A model generated the notes under the pieces. The model did not search any database. It saw only the letters and a list, made by a program, of their open reading frames with translations, and had not been told where the DNA came from. This document shows, piece after piece, positions 61,463 through 64,000 of a DNA stretch of 64,000 nucleotides. A program made the translations under genes and the position numbers. Each line of letters opens with the position of its first letter. The first letter of the stretch is position 1. Source of the DNA: Macrostomum lignano (taxonomy: Eukaryota); the NCBI GenBank assembly GCA_002269645.1, contig NIVC01000563.1:174654-238653 (forward strand). The letters are read 5' to 3'.

Positions 61463-62722
61463 ATATCTATAGAAACACTGCGATACATCGCCACCCCATT
61501 GTCACTTATCCTTTCTTTAACTCAATCACGCAACTCTCGTATTTCGAATCGTACAGCGACTTTTATTGACTAATATTGTCATCCATCTATTAGGCATCTA
61601 ATAATAATAAGCATGCGATTTCCCGTCTGTCTCAATTCTGCCACTCAAGAAGAAATGATTTTTAAATAAAGCCGACCCCATCAAATACGAGAGACAATTT
61701 TAGACAAGAACATGAGACAACCCAAGAACTCTGAGTCCAACCGATTAACCTAGCCGTCACTTATTCTCGCTCCTCACTCTACCAAAATATTCTGCCGCAG
61801 CGGAATATTCCCAAGCAGACAGTGAAATCTCCATCAACCTGAAAGCAAATCGGGCCTTTCATCCCGCAGCCTCTTAAAACAGGAAGGAAAATGGGAGCTG
61901 GGAGAGAGAAAAAGAAGCGCTGAAGTGGGAAGGCGAAATGGAAGGCGATTGACAAACGGAGGGTTTGCTTGCTAGGCTTGTCTTTCAAAATTTGAATTTC
62001 TTCGTCTGACAGGTAAAACAGAAATGCTAACACAGAATCCAGCGCCACCTGCTATTGTCACACATCTGTATACTATACTCAAAAATCCATGCTCGCCTCG
62101 AAACCCAGCAGAAATTGAAGCGTCAATCAGTTTTTAAAAAGAGAAATTCTTGCCAAAAATACTTCTAACATTCAGGCAGCCACGATAGAAGACAAAATAA
62201 AAAAAAGTAAATGTCTCTAAAACATCATCGGTATGCAGAAAGCAGACAGCAAGAAAGATTTCCAGACAAAGATAAGCATCAACGCAATGCGGAAGAAACC
62301 GTATTGAAATCGTTGGGGATTTCAACAGCTAAATCCCTCGAAAGTTATGATCCCAACCCGGAGGAACCGAAGGGATGAAGGGCGATTTAGCGGAGTCCGT
62401 AGCTTAAGTCCCGATTGATCCCTTAGCCTGAATTGGTTTGTGTAAGGCTTGATGATGCCCCCCGCTGAAGACTTGCATGCAGCACAAGTGTGTTTGCGTG
62501 TGTGCAGTGTGTGCAATGACTGGCCAAGTATCAATAACACACTCGTTTTACGATTAGTTATTTATTTCGAATCTACATAGAATTAGTTGTATAAATATAA
62601 AACATTGGCAGTTACGTCACTGAATGCAAAGGTCGGAGCAGGAGAGAGAGATAGAGCGGAATCTGTCCTTAGACTGTATGGTCCGGATCCCAGTTCAACA
62701 GCAGATTACCAATTGTTCCAAC

Positions 62723-62947
62723 CTGACTGTCAGTTCCAATTGCAGCATCTAGATAGGCCTAATCAACGGGTCTGTATAGCGCCAGCGGTGACAGATCCTC
62801 TTGACTGAATGCTCTAGTAGCTGAATTTGCATCTAACTCCCCGCTTGACCGGGAAAGAAGGGAGCAAGAATTCGAGAATCCAGATCGAGTGCTGAGGTCC
62901 TTGTGAGTTGAGGATAAAGTAGAAGCCTCTTCAGAGGTGTCCATCAT
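62723..62947 (-). other. Candidate first coding exon region of Prep
   Basis: Two phase-2-compatible options exist: ATG 62947 to donor 62850 (MMDTSEEAS...) or ATG 62748 to donor 62723 (MLQLELTV). They cannot be distinguished without RNA data. Confidence 0.25.
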
Positions 62948-63914
62948 CGGACACTCGCCGCCGCCGGTTGGCGAGGAGACAGGAACCGCCCCCCCACACT
63001 CCGATCTCGCGCTATAATAAGGCGGCATTAAGGAGATCGAGTGTCTCTCTTTAACAGCTAGCGCAAGAGCAGCTCCTTTGGCCTTGCAGCGCGAGTGTAG
63101 AAGGCTACTGCTATGGGGGGGGGGGCGAGGGCGAGGGGTCAGCTCGACGAGCCTCAGAGAAGGGAAGTGAAACTTTCTCTTGCTCACCACCCGTTCTCAG
63201 CTGGCTCGCCACCCATATCAACAGTGATTGACACCAACTTATAGCGGCTTGCAACGAAGTGGGGGGTGGAGCTGAGTAGGGGGTCGAAAAGGGCCTCAAT
63301 TATGAACAAGGCGGGGCTGGCCAATCTCCGCCTTCAAGCCTTGCCCCCCCCCCTCCCGATCCGGAAAAAGGGATTCTCTATGCAGTGCATGCAGAGTCTC
63401 TTTGACTCAACAAGAAACCGAATACTGTTCAAATATTCGCTATGGCAACCCGATTGGTTGAACAGACACAAATATTAAAAAATGGCTCAACACTTTACCA
63501 ACTAACCACTGAGCTCTATTGAAGGCCTCATGGGAAGGCATAATAATTATTTCTATATATACTAATATGATTAGGCCGGTGGCACACACAGACAGAGAAG
63601 CCAGCAATAGCACGCAAAGATTAAATTGGGAAGGAATGCTCAGGCAAAAGCACCATACGGTCAGTAAAGCACCAACTGTTGCTTTTTAGTATAGTTGGAC
63701 AGATTAACTATTGGGGAATCAGAATAGCCACACACGCATGCGCTTAGCGGACAATAAGAATTAAATAGGACTCGATACCTTTATTGTCCTAAATGAATAT
63801 ATTTTTTAGCATAGTATTAGTATTAGACTGGGTTAGCGGATAGGCAACGGATCGGTGAAGAGAGAAAATGTAAGCAGAGGGAAGGCCAACAACAGGGACT
63901 GCGCTTTGGCACCT

Positions 63915-63925
63915 AGAGAGAGAGG

Positions 63926-63979
<54 letters not shown>
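63915..63979. repeat. (GA)n microsatellite
   Basis: Visible directly; shorter (GA)n runs also occur near 52030 and 53880. Confidence 0.9.
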
Positions 63980-63980
<1 letters not shown>

Positions 63981-64000
63981 ACAGCGGGCCTGACAAAGGA

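Overview
This is animal genomic DNA with GC-rich exons, AT-rich spacers and about 35 tandem-repeat arrays. The style resembles a free-living flatworm such as Macrostomum, but that is inference only. I reconstructed four spliced genes by hand from GT-AG boundaries with consistent reading phase. (1) A mitochondrial-type carbamoyl-phosphate synthetase (CPS1/CPS III family, glutaminase triad intact) on the minus strand, with 11 exons from 13449 to 368; it runs off the left edge. (2) A RILP/RILPL-family gene on the minus strand, 6 exons, 33255 to 20958. (3) EB1/MAPRE on the plus strand, 3 exons, 35944-37888. (4) A Prep/PKNOX TALE homeobox gene on the minus strand, at least 4 exons from 59473 to 42061, with the first exon unresolved. 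Mobile DNA comprises an internally deleted P-superfamily transposon with terminal inverted repeats (TIRs) and a target-site duplication (TSD), two tRNA-headed CORE-type SINEs, a TIR-bounded non-autonomous element carrying a minisatellite, and a foldback element. Most introns hold their own minisatellite. Three exon blocks are bracketed by arrays of one family, two of them in inverted orientation. Nearly all long ORFs in the supplied track are repeat artefacts. No CRISPR array, rRNA or bona fide tRNA was found.
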